NCBI GenBank assembly: GCA_021738535.1
Contig: JAIPBU010000006.1
Coordinates: forward strand, 26,068-90,067
Direction of reading: 5' to 3'
DNA length: 64,000 bases
Source of the DNA: Bacteroidales bacterium
GTDB lineage: Bacteria > Bacteroidota > Bacteroidia > Bacteroidales > VadinHA17
Of this stretch, positions 1 through 8,860 are shown in pieces. Made by a program: the position numbers and the translations under genes. The notes under the pieces are model-generated. The model did not search any database. It worked only from the letters and a program-made list of their open reading frames with translations, and had not been told where the DNA came from. The first letter of the stretch is position 1. Each line of letters starts with the position of its first letter.

Positions 1-2012
1 ATTTTGATCCCGGTATTGCGGAGGCGGAAGCTTACCGTGCAGGCAACGACATAATTGAATATGTAAGTGATGCAGCTCTTGCAATCAATTCGATACTGGA
101 TTATTACAACAATGGAAAAATATCCTACGAACAAATAGAAGAGACAACAAGGAAAATACTTGCTTTTAAGTACTGGTCTATGCAGGACAAGACTGTTACG
201 GACGGAGAAAAAGCAAGAGTTTACTCCAATAGTAATGAGAACAAGTCTTTTATAAGGAAGCTTTACTCCAATGCCATCACTGTCCTGAACAACAAAGACA
301 ATCTTATACCTATACGCCAGCTTGATAAGAAAACAATCGCCTGCCTTGCAATAAATGCTGAAGAAAAGACAGCTTTCCAGGCTATGGTTGAAAAATATAC
401 AAAGGCAGATAACTACTACTGGACTGAGGGAATTAATGATATTGATACCCTTCTCAAAAAATTACAGGACTATGATCTTGTTATTGCCGGTTTCTTTGAT
501 ACAGACCAGAGACCATACCGTAACTTCGGCATTAGTAAATCAGCTTCAGCTTTTGTTAACAGGCTTTCGGAAATGACAGACCTCCTGGGTGTATACTTTG
601 GCAATCCCTATGCAATAGATAAACTCAAAGGATTTAAAGATGCGGAAGGATTAATTCTGACTTACCAGGAAAACATTTATACTGAACAGCTGGCTGCACA
701 ACTTATTTTCGGAGGAACGGGAGCTCACGGTAAATTACCGGTTACAATAAACGACACCTACCGCCGTGGATATGGAATTATTACTCCCGGAAATTTACGT
801 TTACAATATGGTTTTCCTGAAGATGCAGGGCTGCAATCCGGTATTCCTAGTACGACCATCGATTCTATAGCAATTTCAGGCATAGAGGCAGGAGCCTATC
901 CCGGTTGTGAAGTACTTATTGCAAGAAAAGGAGTGGTTTTTTTTCATAAATGTTATGGTACTCACACATATGATGCAAGGACCAGCGTGGAACCGGGAGA
1001 TCTTTTTGACCTGGCATCGGTAACAAAAGTGGCTGCTGCCACCACCGGGTTAATGGTACTCGACAGTGAGGATTTGTTTGATCCTGAAAAGACACTTATT
1101 GATTACGTCCCTGAAATGCGCTTTTCAGACAAGAAAGATCTTGTTTTCAGGGATATACTGGCACACCAGGCCGGTTTATATCCCTGGATACCATACTGGA
1201 AGAGTACACTTCGGAATAATGGAAAATTCAAATGGTGGACGATCAAAAGGGTGAAATCAGACCGCTACCCTGGTACAGCCGCCAATGGACTATTTGTACA
1301 CAGGAATTACATGAATAAGATCCACAGGGCCATAAGGAAATCACCACTCGGACCGAAAGAATACAAGTATTCGGGCTTGTCATTCTTCCTGATTCCAGGC
1401 ATAATAGAAGATCAAAGCGGTGAAGGGTACGAAGATTTTCTATATAATAATGTCTATCACAAACTGGGAGCTTATGATATTGTTTTTAATCCCTTCAGGT
1501 TTTATCACCGCACCAGGATTATGCCGACAGAAGTTGATACCCTCTTCAGACATCAGCTCCTGCATGGATATGTACATGATGAAGGAGCTGCGATGATGGG
1601 AGGTTTTTCAGGGAATGCAGGACTTTTCGCCACTGCAAACGACCTGGTCAAACTGCTTGAAATGTACCGCAGGGAAGGCTCATACGGTGGTGAACAGATA
1701 ATCGCCAAAGAAGTAATAAGAGAATATACCACATACCAGTTCCCGGACAATGAAAACAGGCGTGGACTGGGATTTGACAAACCTCTCATTGACGAAAATG
1801 ATGGCACAGCCGAAGATTATCCCTGCACAGGTGCTTCCCCATCAAGCTTTGGGCACTCGGGTTTTACCGGGACTTTTGCCTGGGTTGATCCGGAAGAAGA
1901 ATTATCTTATGTCTTTTTAAGTAACAGGGTTTACCCCACCCGCAATAACAGCCTCTTATATGATTTAAATATCAGAACTAATATATTGCAGGCGGTATAT
2001 GATTCAATATAA
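1..2012 (+). CDS. Glycoside hydrolase family 3 (NagZ-like beta-N-acetylhexosaminidase) fused to a serine beta-lactamase/PBP-family hydrolase; 5' end lies outside the window
   Basis: Frame 3 is open from the window edge (FDPGIAEAEAYRAGNDII..., resembling the end of a GH3 catalytic domain) and runs into the 610-aa ORF. The C-terminal half carries a class C/PBP-type S-x-x-K motif (LASVTKV), plus YSG and HSGFTG motifs. Confidence 0.8.
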   Translation, partial: FDPGIAEAEAYRAGNDIIEYVSDAALAINSILDYYNNGKISYEQIEETTRKILAFKYWSMQDKTVTDGEKARVYSNSNENKSFIRKLYSNAITVLNNKDNLIPIRQLDKKTIACLAINAEEKTAFQAMVEKYTKADNYYWTEGINDIDTLLKKLQDYDLVIAGFFDTDQRPYRNFGISKSASAFVNRLSEMTDLLGVYFGNPYAIDKLKGFKDAEGLILTYQENIYTEQLAAQLIFGGTGAHGKLPVTINDTYRRGYGIITPGNLRLQYGFPEDAGLQSGIPSTTIDSIAISGIEAGAYPGCEVLIARKGVVFFHKCYGTHTYDARTSVEPGDLFDLASVTKVAAATTGLMVLDSEDLFDPEKTLIDYVPEMRFSDKKDLVFRDILAHQAGLYPWIPYWKSTLRNNGKFKWWTIKRVKSDRYPGTAANGLFVHRNYMNKIHRAIRKSPLGPKEYKYSGLSFFLIPGIIEDQSGEGYEDFLYNNVYHKLGAYDIVFNPFRFYHRTRIMPTEVDTLFRHQLLHGYVHDEGAAMMGGFSGNAGLFATANDLVKLLEMYRREGSYGGEQIIAKEVIREYTTYQFPDNENRRGLGFDKPLIDENDGTAEDYPCTGASPSSFGHSGFTGTFAWVDPEEELSYVFLSNRVYPTRNNSLLYDLNIRTNILQAVYDSI

Positions 2013-2023
2013 AAATAACAATT

Positions 2024-2428
2024 CTACCTGAAATGATCCCTTACCCTGGCAACCATCTGGTTCTGTGTCATTTTATCAGCAGTCTCCAGTTTTATAGACG
2101 GTTTATCTTTTCTTTTCAACAGCACTTTTTTTAATTCATTCTTCGTCTCTGCCGGACCAAATATCAAGAGGTTATCTGCTCCGGCAAGTTTTGATGTAAG
2201 ATCATCCATAAACTGGTTCAACTGATGTTTCTTCCTCTTTGTTCTTTTCTTCGACGGATTAAAAAACGCTCCTCCACGTCTTGAATAAGATTTTGTTTCG
2301 CCTTCATAACGAACTCTGCTTTCAACATTTGACTCTATCTTCACAATATGATGGTTACCTCCGTTAACGGAAATAACATAGGCTTTTTCAGCATCAAGCC
2401 AGATACCAACATTCTTATGCATACTCAA
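2024..2428 (-). CDS. Small basic hypothetical protein that weakly resembles the Host_attach / eRF1-domain-3-like (baeRF-related) fold
   Basis: 134-aa ORF with no competing ORF. The pattern is an N-terminal beta segment (GIWLDAEKAYVISV), a basic middle (KKRTKRKKHQ), LLIFGPAETKNELKKVL, and a C-terminal helix, which recalls host-attachment-protein family members. Recognition is by eye only. Confidence 0.55.
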   Translation of the reverse strand: MSMHKNVGIWLDAEKAYVISVNGGNHHIVKIESNVESRVRYEGETKSYSRRGGAFFNPSKKRTKRKKHQLNQFMDDLTSKLAGADNLLIFGPAETKNELKKVLLKRKDKPSIKLETADKMTQNQMVARVRDHFR

Positions 2429-2625
2429 ATGAATTTATTATTACCCTAAAATTCTATTCTCGTTCATAAATTACGAAAAAAAGACTTAAAAGTCAAGTAA
2501 TATTTATCATGAACAGGGAAGCAAGAAGTACAGCATAAATCATCTTTATATGGTTAAACAATATGGGAGAAAAAATGTTTCTCTTTCAAACAAAGAGTAT
2601 TTGAATTAAGTTAAAGCACAAAAAA

Positions 2626-2943
2626 GTGAAAACTGAAACACTTGGCTTACATATAGAAAAGCACCCTGCCCTGCTGGTTTATTTTACCAGCCCTCAATGC
2701 GTAGCATGCAAAAGCCTTCGTCCAAAGGTTGAACAGATGGCTGAGTTACATTTTCCAGAGATAAAATTCCTGCTTGTAGATGCATCAGAAAGCCCGTCAA
2801 TGACTTCAGAGGCAAACGTATACTCAGCTCCCACCTTAGTAGTTTACTTTGAGGGGAAGGAGTATATCAGGGAAAGTAAGTATATATCGGTAGAGCAACT
2901 TAAGGAAAAGATAGGAAGATATTACAATATGATGTTTGGCTGA
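2626..2943 (+). CDS. Thioredoxin-family protein (CxxC = CVAC), GTG start
   Basis: 105 aa of thioredoxin size and layout: LVYFTSPQCVACKSL active-site region and a cis-Pro region (YSAPTLVVYF). Confidence 0.8.
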   Translation: MKTETLGLHIEKHPALLVYFTSPQCVACKSLRPKVEQMAELHFPEIKFLLVDASESPSMTSEANVYSAPTLVVYFEGKEYIRESKYISVEQLKEKIGRYYNMMFG

Positions 2944-2984
2944 AGGACTAAGGCTAAGGTGAAGATAAGATCAAAATTTTTTCG

Positions 2985-3010
2985 TGTTTGGAAAAAATCT
3001 TCTATTTTTG
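2985..3010 (+). promoter_or_regulatory. Candidate Bacteroidota sigma-A promoter for tRNA-Leu(CAG)
   Basis: Exact -7 box TAttTTTG at 3003-3010. The upstream TTTG at 2987-2990 is too close (12 nt). A TTCG about 18 nt upstream is the alternative -33 box. About 90 nt of leader lie before the tRNA. Confidence 0.35.
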
Positions 3011-3106
3011 CAAGCGCATAAAAAATTACCGGGGTAATGAGATTAGATGCGGTAACAAGCAGGTCATCAATCATAACTCACCTCTCATTACTCACAACTG
3101 TTTTAT

Positions 3107-3193
3107 GCCCAGTTGGCGGAATTGGTAGACGCGCTAGTTTCAGGGACTAGTGTACGCAAGTACGTGAAGGTTCGAGTCCTTTACTGGGCACCA
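3107..3193 (+). tRNA. tRNA-Leu (anticodon CAG), class II long variable arm, CCA encoded
   Basis: Hand-folded cloverleaf: acceptor gcccagt/actgggc; anticodon stem ctagt/actag with loop ttCAGgg; long variable arm tgtacgcaagtacgt; T-loop ggttcgagtcc; discriminator A followed by CCA. Confidence 0.95.
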
Positions 3194-3204
3194 CAGGTGT
3201 ACAG

Positions 3205-3236
3205 AAAAAACCGGTCTGAAAAAGCCGGTTTTTTTT
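3205..3236 (+). terminator. Rho-independent-type hairpin after tRNA-Leu(CAG)
   Basis: aaaaaaccgg-tctgaaaaag-ccggtttttttt: GC core extended by A:T pairs, followed by a T-run. Confidence 0.6.
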
Positions 3237-3292
3237 GTAAAAAAGAATTATTGGTTTAAATTTGCCTCGCCAATTTTGAGGTAATATACCAT

Positions 3293-3378
3293 GCCCAGGT
3301 GGCGGAATTGGTAGACGCGCCAGGTTGAGGGCCTGGTGGCCGTTTTAGGTCGTGCTGGTTCGATTCCAGTCCTGGGCA
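3293..3378 (+). tRNA. tRNA-Leu (anticodon GAG), class II, CCA not encoded
   Basis: Acceptor gcccagg/cctgggc; anticodon stem ccagg/cctgg with loop ttGAGgg; long variable arm; T-loop ggttcgattcc; discriminator A followed by ctt. Confidence 0.95.
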
Positions 3379-3381
3379 CTT

Positions 3382-3417
3382 AAAAAGCCAAGCAGGAGTT
3401 TCCTGTTTGGCTTTTTT
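3382..3417 (+). terminator. Rho-independent terminator after tRNA-Leu(GAG)
   Basis: aaaaagccaagcagg-agtt-tcctgtttggctttttt: long stem followed by a T-run. Confidence 0.7.
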
Positions 3418-3473
3418 ACTTTCTATTGTATATAAGAATTTGTTTAAGTTTGTGTAATTAAAGGAGAATAACT

Positions 3474-4487
3474 ATGAAAATTCACGACTTTTCAAACCCC
3501 AAAGCCTATGTCCCGGATGAAGACCGGTATGATAAAATGGTATACAGGAGATGTGGTAAGAGTGGAGTAATGCTACCCCTTTTATCTTTGGGCCTGTGGC
3601 ATAATTTTGGTCTTGTGGATCCTGCAGAAAATGCAAGAAAAATTGCCCGCAAAGCATTTGACCTGGGGATTATACATTTTGACCTTGCCAATAATTATGG
3701 TCCTCCATTTGGTTCTGCGGAAGAGACCTTCGGCATGATACTAAAAAAAGACCTGGGAATATACAGGAATGAACTTTTTATTTCTACAAAAGCCGGTTAT
3801 GATATGTGGAACGGTCCTTTTGGTAATTACGGATCAAGAAAATACCTTATCAGCAGCCTGGATGACAGCCTCCGAAGGATGGGACTTGATTACGTAGACC
3901 TGTTTTACCATCACAGGCCAGATCCTGATACTCCGCTGGAAGAAACAATGCTCGCACTTGACCAGGTTGTAAGATCAGGTAAAGCACTCTACGTTGGAAT
4001 AAGTAACTATGATGCTACCAAAACCAGGGAGGCAGCCGAAATTTTAAAAGAGCTGAAAACACCATTTATTATACACCAGGCTAGATATTCGCTTTTCGAC
4101 AGGTGGGTGGAGGAAAAATTACTGGACACCCTTGGTGATCTTAACAAAGGAATGATAGCTTTCTCCCCCCTGGAACAGGGAATGCTATCAGACAAATACC
4201 TGGATGGCATACCGGATAATTCCAGGGCGGCAAAAAAGATGACTTATCTTGAGAAAAAACAGGTATTGTCAAAAATTGATAGAATCCGTGCACTGAATGA
4301 TCTTGCAAAGGCAAGAGGCCAGAAGCTTAATCAGATGGCAATTAGCTGGATACTGAAGGATGACAGAGTGACATCTGTCGTTGTTGGTGCCAGTACAGAA
4401 GAGCAGCTTGCTGATAATATTTCAGCAATTAATAATATTAAGTTTTCCGGGGATGAACTGAAGACGATTGACAGTATATTAAAATAA
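3474..4487 (+). CDS. gpr: Aldo/keto reductase, YghZ/Gpr-like (L-glyceraldehyde 3-phosphate reductase family)
   Basis: 337 aa, near-collinear with my recollection of E. coli YghZ: YRRCGKSGVMLPLLSLGLWHNFG, HFDLANNYGPPFGSAEE, ISTKAGYDMW, SRKYL, LYVGISNY, ISWILKDDRVTSVVVGAS. Confidence 0.9.
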   Translation: MKIHDFSNPKAYVPDEDRYDKMVYRRCGKSGVMLPLLSLGLWHNFGLVDPAENARKIARKAFDLGIIHFDLANNYGPPFGSAEETFGMILKKDLGIYRNELFISTKAGYDMWNGPFGNYGSRKYLISSLDDSLRRMGLDYVDLFYHHRPDPDTPLEETMLALDQVVRSGKALYVGISNYDATKTREAAEILKELKTPFIIHQARYSLFDRWVEEKLLDTLGDLNKGMIAFSPLEQGMLSDKYLDGIPDNSRAAKKMTYLEKKQVLSKIDRIRALNDLAKARGQKLNQMAISWILKDDRVTSVVVGASTEEQLADNISAINNIKFSGDELKTIDSILK

Positions 4488-4625
4488 ATGTTTAATTTTG
4501 ACCCCGAATAACTGAATTTAAATTATGTTATCAAATAATAAATCGAAAACAATCTTAGGTTACAGGAAAGAGCTGCCTCTTTAGCAGGCTTATAACAGAG
4601 ATTAAATGAAAACTAATCAATACTG

Positions 4626-4654
4626 AGGCCTGCATTTTTGCAGGTCTTTTTTTT
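4626..4654 (+). terminator. Intrinsic terminator / possible attenuator 13 nt upstream of the lysC start
   Basis: 9-bp stem (4626-4634 pairs with 4639-4647, including one G:U), tttt loop, then a T-run that extends to 4654. Confidence 0.6.
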
Positions 4655-4666
4655 AACAGACAAATT

Positions 4667-5983
4667 ATGAAGGTTTTAAAATTTGGAGGCACATCCATTG
4701 GCAGTCCTCATAGGATGAAAAATGTACTCAAAATTATTAATGACGAAAAGGATATCATTGTTGTACTGTCCGCAATATCGGGAACTACAGATGAACTGAT
4801 CAATATAGCCGGGCTATTGTACAGGGGAAACAAAAAGGAAGCTTCCATGAAAGCTGACATTTTGGGTAAAGGATATCTGAAACTTATTCCTGAAATATAT
4901 GATACAAATAAATACCGTAAGGAAGCTGAATCAGTTATAAATACTCATATCGATTATCTGAGATCATTTACGCTTAAAGAGTTTTCAAAAAAGCAGGAAA
5001 AGACAATACTGGCCCAGGGAGAATTAATGAGCACTGCACTATTCTTTCTTATGGCAAAAGAACATGAAATGGATCCATCTCTTTTACCTGCACTCAACTT
5101 TATGAGGATAGACAAGGACGGTGAACCGGATATGTTTTATATCAGGGAGAACCTGGACAGAGAATTAAAAAATGTACAGGGGCTGGGGCCTGTTATAACC
5201 CAGGGTTATATATGCAGAAATGCTTACGGAGATATTGATAATCTGAAAAGAGGAGGTAGCGATTTCACTGCAACAATCATAGGTTCGGTACTTACTGCTG
5301 ATGAAATACAGATATGGACAGACATTAATGGTCTTCACAATAATGATCCAAGATATATAGATCACACGGAAGTAATAAGGGAATTGTCATTTGATGAAGC
5401 AGCGGAACTTGCCTATTTCGGTGCAAAAATATTACACCCCAGCAGTGTTGTTCCTGCGAGGTCAGCAAATATCCCGGTAAGGTTAAAGAACAGTATGCAT
5501 CCGGAAGATGAGGGAACTATTATCAGTTCTGCATACAGTTCATCAGGTTACAAAGCAATTGCAGCTAAAGACGGTATAACAGCAATAAAGATTAAATCAG
5601 ACCGCATGTTGCTTGCCTATGGCTTTCTCAGAAAAATATTCGACATTTTTGAACTGTATAAAACTGCAATTGACATGATAACTACCTCGGAAGTTGCAGT
5701 GTCACTCACCATAGATGACAATACCAGGATTAAGCCCATAATAGATGACCTTAAAAACCTGGGTACAGTGGAGTTTGAATCCAACCAGACTATTATATGC
5801 ATTGTAGGAGACTTTATTGCAGAAGATACAGGCACAACAGTTGAAATCTTCAATGCCCTGAGCAAAATACCTTTAAGAATGATATCATACGGAGGCAGCA
5901 AACATAACATTTCTCTTCTTACCAACAGCAGTAATAAGAAAGATGCACTTAACGCACTCCACGAACACCTTTTCAAAAAATAA
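4667..5983 (+). CDS. lysC: Aspartate kinase
   Basis: MKVLKFGGTS start, GGSDFTA motif, ELAYFGAKILHP, and C-terminal ACT-like repeats. 438 aa. Confidence 0.93.
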   Translation: MKVLKFGGTSIGSPHRMKNVLKIINDEKDIIVVLSAISGTTDELINIAGLLYRGNKKEASMKADILGKGYLKLIPEIYDTNKYRKEAESVINTHIDYLRSFTLKEFSKKQEKTILAQGELMSTALFFLMAKEHEMDPSLLPALNFMRIDKDGEPDMFYIRENLDRELKNVQGLGPVITQGYICRNAYGDIDNLKRGGSDFTATIIGSVLTADEIQIWTDINGLHNNDPRYIDHTEVIRELSFDEAAELAYFGAKILHPSSVVPARSANIPVRLKNSMHPEDEGTIISSAYSSSGYKAIAAKDGITAIKIKSDRMLLAYGFLRKIFDIFELYKTAIDMITTSEVAVSLTIDDNTRIKPIIDDLKNLGTVEFESNQTIICIVGDFIAEDTGTTVEIFNALSKIPLRMISYGGSKHNISLLTNSSNKKDALNALHEHLFKK

Positions 5984-5987
5984 AATA

Positions 5988-7136
5988 ATGCTGGATAATA
6001 AACTGGAAGAAAAACTATCCGGTATCAGAACACCCTTCTACTATTACGAGATGGATGTTCTGGGCCTTACCGTTGATAATATAAAAAGAGAAGCTGACAG
6101 GTACGGCTTTAAAGTTCATTATGCCCTCAAATCAAATGCTAATCCGAAAATACTCAGAATTCTGTCATCATCAGGATTTGGCGCTGACTGTGTGAGCGGT
6201 AATGAAATAGAAATGGCCACTGAATGCGGTTTCAGTAGTGAAGATATTGTTTTTGCCGGTGTAGGAAAAACCGATGAAGAAATAATTACCGGGATAGATA
6301 ATGACATTTTTTGTTTCAACGTTGAGTCTGCTGAAGAAGTAAGTATTATTAATGATTTGTCGCGAAAAAAAGAATATATATCCCGCATTTCCCTGAGAAT
6401 TAACCCAAATGTAGAAGCAAATACACACAAATATATAACAACCGGTATTGAGGAAAGTAAGTTCGGTATTAATATGCGGGATATTGAGGATGTGACTTCC
6501 CTGCTGGGAAAACTTGATAATATCGAACTGCTTGGTCTTCACTTCCATATAGGATCCCAGATCAGGCAGATGGATGCATTTAAACGACTTTGTTCAAGAA
6601 TCAATGAAATACTCGGGTGGTTTGAAGCCCACAATGTACCAGTAAGGCACATAAATGTAGGCGGAGGACTGGGCATAAATTATGATGACCCTGAAGAACT
6701 CCCCGATTTTGCAGAATATTTTGGGATATTCAACGAACACCTGGAACGAAATGATGAACAAGTTATACATTTTGAGCCCGGCAGATCAGTTACAGGACAG
6801 TCAGGCAGTCTTATTACCAGGGTTCTTTATGTTAAGAAAGGAACACAAACAGACTTTGCAGTGGTTGATGCAGGCATGACCGATCTTATAAGGCCTGCAC
6901 TTTACAGTGCACACCATAAGATAGAAAACATCAGTTCAGTGAAAAAGCACGGTAAATACAATGTTGTTGGCCCGATTTGTGAATCAAGCGACAGCTTTGG
7001 TAAATATATTGATCTGCCGGAAACACACAGGGGCGATCTTCTTGCCATACGCTCAGCCGGGGCTTACGGAGAAGTAATGGCCTCAAATTATAATCTTAGA
7101 AAAAAAGCAGTTTCCGTTTTCTCGGATGAGATATAA
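5988..7136 (+). CDS. lysA: Diaminopimelate decarboxylase
   Basis: PLP-dependent fold-III decarboxylase motifs: YALKSNANP, HFHIGSQ, GGGLGI, GPICESSD. I prefer the ATG at 5988 (MLDNKLEE...) because the track start at 5943 overlaps the lysC 3' end. Confidence 0.92.
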   Translation: MLDNKLEEKLSGIRTPFYYYEMDVLGLTVDNIKREADRYGFKVHYALKSNANPKILRILSSSGFGADCVSGNEIEMATECGFSSEDIVFAGVGKTDEEIITGIDNDIFCFNVESAEEVSIINDLSRKKEYISRISLRINPNVEANTHKYITTGIEESKFGINMRDIEDVTSLLGKLDNIELLGLHFHIGSQIRQMDAFKRLCSRINEILGWFEAHNVPVRHINVGGGLGINYDDPEELPDFAEYFGIFNEHLERNDEQVIHFEPGRSVTGQSGSLITRVLYVKKGTQTDFAVVDAGMTDLIRPALYSAHHKIENISSVKKHGKYNVVGPICESSDSFGKYIDLPETHRGDLLAIRSAGAYGEVMASNYNLRKKAVSVFSDEI

Positions 7137-7173
7137 TTGATCCTGTAAGCATAATATTTGCTATTTTTGAGCT

Positions 7174-8019
7174 ATGGTAATAATTGCAGACAGCGGATCC
7201 AGTAAAACCAATTGGATTATATCCGATGGAAATACTGACAATATTAAGATTAATACAGAAGGACTTAATCCGAATTTTACTGATGTTGATACTATTCGTT
7301 TGGTACTTACTAACAAAGTATTACCATTCACCGGTGACAGAACTGCAAGCAACATTTTCTTTTACGGATCAGGTTGTTCAGATATTCGTATGTGTAATAC
7401 AGTAAGAGAAGGGATCAGGGAGGTTTTTCCCACAGCACATACAGAAGTAAACAGTGACCTTCTTGGAGCAGCACGGGCTCTTCTCGGCAATAACAACGGA
7501 ATAGCCTGCATAATTGGGACAGGCTCAAACTCAGGGCTCTATGACGGAAACAGCATTATTGCAAATATTCCTCCCCTGGGCTTTATTCTTGGTGATGAAG
7601 GAAGCGGATCCTACCTTGGGAAAAGACTATTATCAGATTACCTTAAAGGAGTAATGCCTCCGGATATCTCAAGCTTGTTCGGGAGTAAATACCAAACCGA
7701 TAAGGACAGGGTAATTGAAAAAGTCTACAGGGGTGAGTTTCCTAATAAGTATATTGCCGGATTCGTTGTTTTCCTGAAAGACAATATTGAAAAAAAATAC
7801 TGCAGGGAGCTTGTTAAGGAAGCCTTTTCTGATTTTTTCAGGAGAAATATTAAGTTTTATGACGGGTATGACAAGCTGAAAATATCATTTACAGGATCAA
7901 TAGCCTGGCATTTCAGAGAACTTCTGGAAGAAGTTATGGAAATTAACGGGCTTAACAAAGGTGAGATATTAAGAGAACCCTCTGAACAGATAATGCAATA
8001 TCATTTGAAACACTATTAA
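7174..8019 (+). CDS. BadF/BadG/BcrA/BcrD-type sugar kinase (MurNAc/GlcNAc kinase, MurK-like)
   Basis: N-terminal IIADSGSSKTNW phosphate-1 motif and IIGTGSNS. About 280 aa, sitting directly upstream of murQ as in the Tannerella murK-murQ arrangement. Confidence 0.8.
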   Translation: MVIIADSGSSKTNWIISDGNTDNIKINTEGLNPNFTDVDTIRLVLTNKVLPFTGDRTASNIFFYGSGCSDIRMCNTVREGIREVFPTAHTEVNSDLLGAARALLGNNNGIACIIGTGSNSGLYDGNSIIANIPPLGFILGDEGSGSYLGKRLLSDYLKGVMPPDISSLFGSKYQTDKDRVIEKVYRGEFPNKYIAGFVVFLKDNIEKKYCRELVKEAFSDFFRRNIKFYDGYDKLKISFTGSIAWHFRELLEEVMEINGLNKGEILREPSEQIMQYHLKHY

Positions 8020-8036
8020 TCATTCACCGGAAAAAA

Positions 8037-8852
8037 ATGGCAAAAGACAATAACATAACCGAAGCAGAATCTCATTACAGCAACATTGATAAGATGTCCA
8101 CCCGGGAAATACTGGAGCATATAAATGATGAAGACAGTAAGATAGTGCCCGTGGTGCGATCGGTCATACCACAGGTGGAAAAACTCGTCGAAAAGGTTGC
8201 CGCAAGGATGAAAAAGGGAGGACGACTTTTTTACATTGGTGCAGGTACAAGCGGCAGGCTGGGTATAGTTGATGCTTCTGAGATACCCCCTACCTTCGGG
8301 CTGGATCATGGTTTTGTTATTGGGCTTATTGCCGGAGGCGACGGGGCCATACGCAAAGCTGTGGAAAAAGCGGAAGACAATGAAGAACTGGGCTGGCAGG
8401 ACCTCGAAGACTACAGGATTGACAGCCAGGATACCGTTGTAGGAATTGCTGCCTCAGGACGAACACCGTATGTCATTGGGGCATTAAAAAGGGCTCGGGA
8501 AAAAGGGATTCTGACTGCCTGTATTACAAGTAACCCGGGAACAGATCTTGAGAAGCAGGCCGATATTCCAATTGTTGCGGTAACCGGGCCAGAGTTTGTC
8601 ACAGGCAGCACCCGTATGAAAGCCGGTACCTCCCAGAAGCTTATCCTTAACATGCTCACAACGGCTGTGATGATAAGGCTCGGAAGGGTCAGGGGTAATA
8701 AAATGGTTCATATGCAACTTACAAACCAAAAACTCATTGACAGGGGCACAAAAATGATAATGGAAGAGCTGGATATCGAAAAAGAAAAAGCCAGGAAGCT
8801 TTTACTGCTTCATGGCTCTGTTCAAAAAGCTCTTGAGGAGATGGGGGGATAG
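8037..8852 (+). CDS. murQ: N-acetylmuramic acid 6-phosphate etherase
   Basis: SIS-domain motifs GAGTSGRLG, EIPPTFG, GIAASGRTPY, GSTRMKAGTSQK. 271 aa. Confidence 0.93.
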   Translation: MAKDNNITEAESHYSNIDKMSTREILEHINDEDSKIVPVVRSVIPQVEKLVEKVAARMKKGGRLFYIGAGTSGRLGIVDASEIPPTFGLDHGFVIGLIAGGDGAIRKAVEKAEDNEELGWQDLEDYRIDSQDTVVGIAASGRTPYVIGALKRAREKGILTACITSNPGTDLEKQADIPIVAVTGPEFVTGSTRMKAGTSQKLILNMLTTAVMIRLGRVRGNKMVHMQLTNQKLIDRGTKMIMEELDIEKEKARKLLLLHGSVQKALEEMGG

Positions 8853-8860
8853 GGTTAGAA

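Noticed and set aside
3107-4487. tRNA-Leu locus as an integration site for a genomic island
   Set aside because: There is no integrase or recombinase nearby, and I found no direct repeat of either tRNA 3' end. The flanking genes (AKR, lysC) are ordinary chromosomal genes with the same composition.
4488-4666. Lysine riboswitch (L-box) upstream of lysC
   Set aside because: The region is shorter than a typical L-box, and I cannot find the conserved L-box core segments by eye. It is kept only as a generic attenuator candidate, and a covariance-model search is needed.
5943-5987. Upstream ATG extension of lysA that overlaps lysC; similar upstream alternative-start extensions (ATG, TTG or GTG) for clpB 13919, hsp20 13435, rocD 25799, sigma 29907, iaaA 37179, M28 40777, exonuclease 55918, DUF5063 56489 and guaB 58561
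   Set aside because: The extensions add non-conserved-looking residues, overlap upstream genes or hairpins, or precede obvious signal peptides or canonical N-termini. Internal ATGs give the familiar protein starts.
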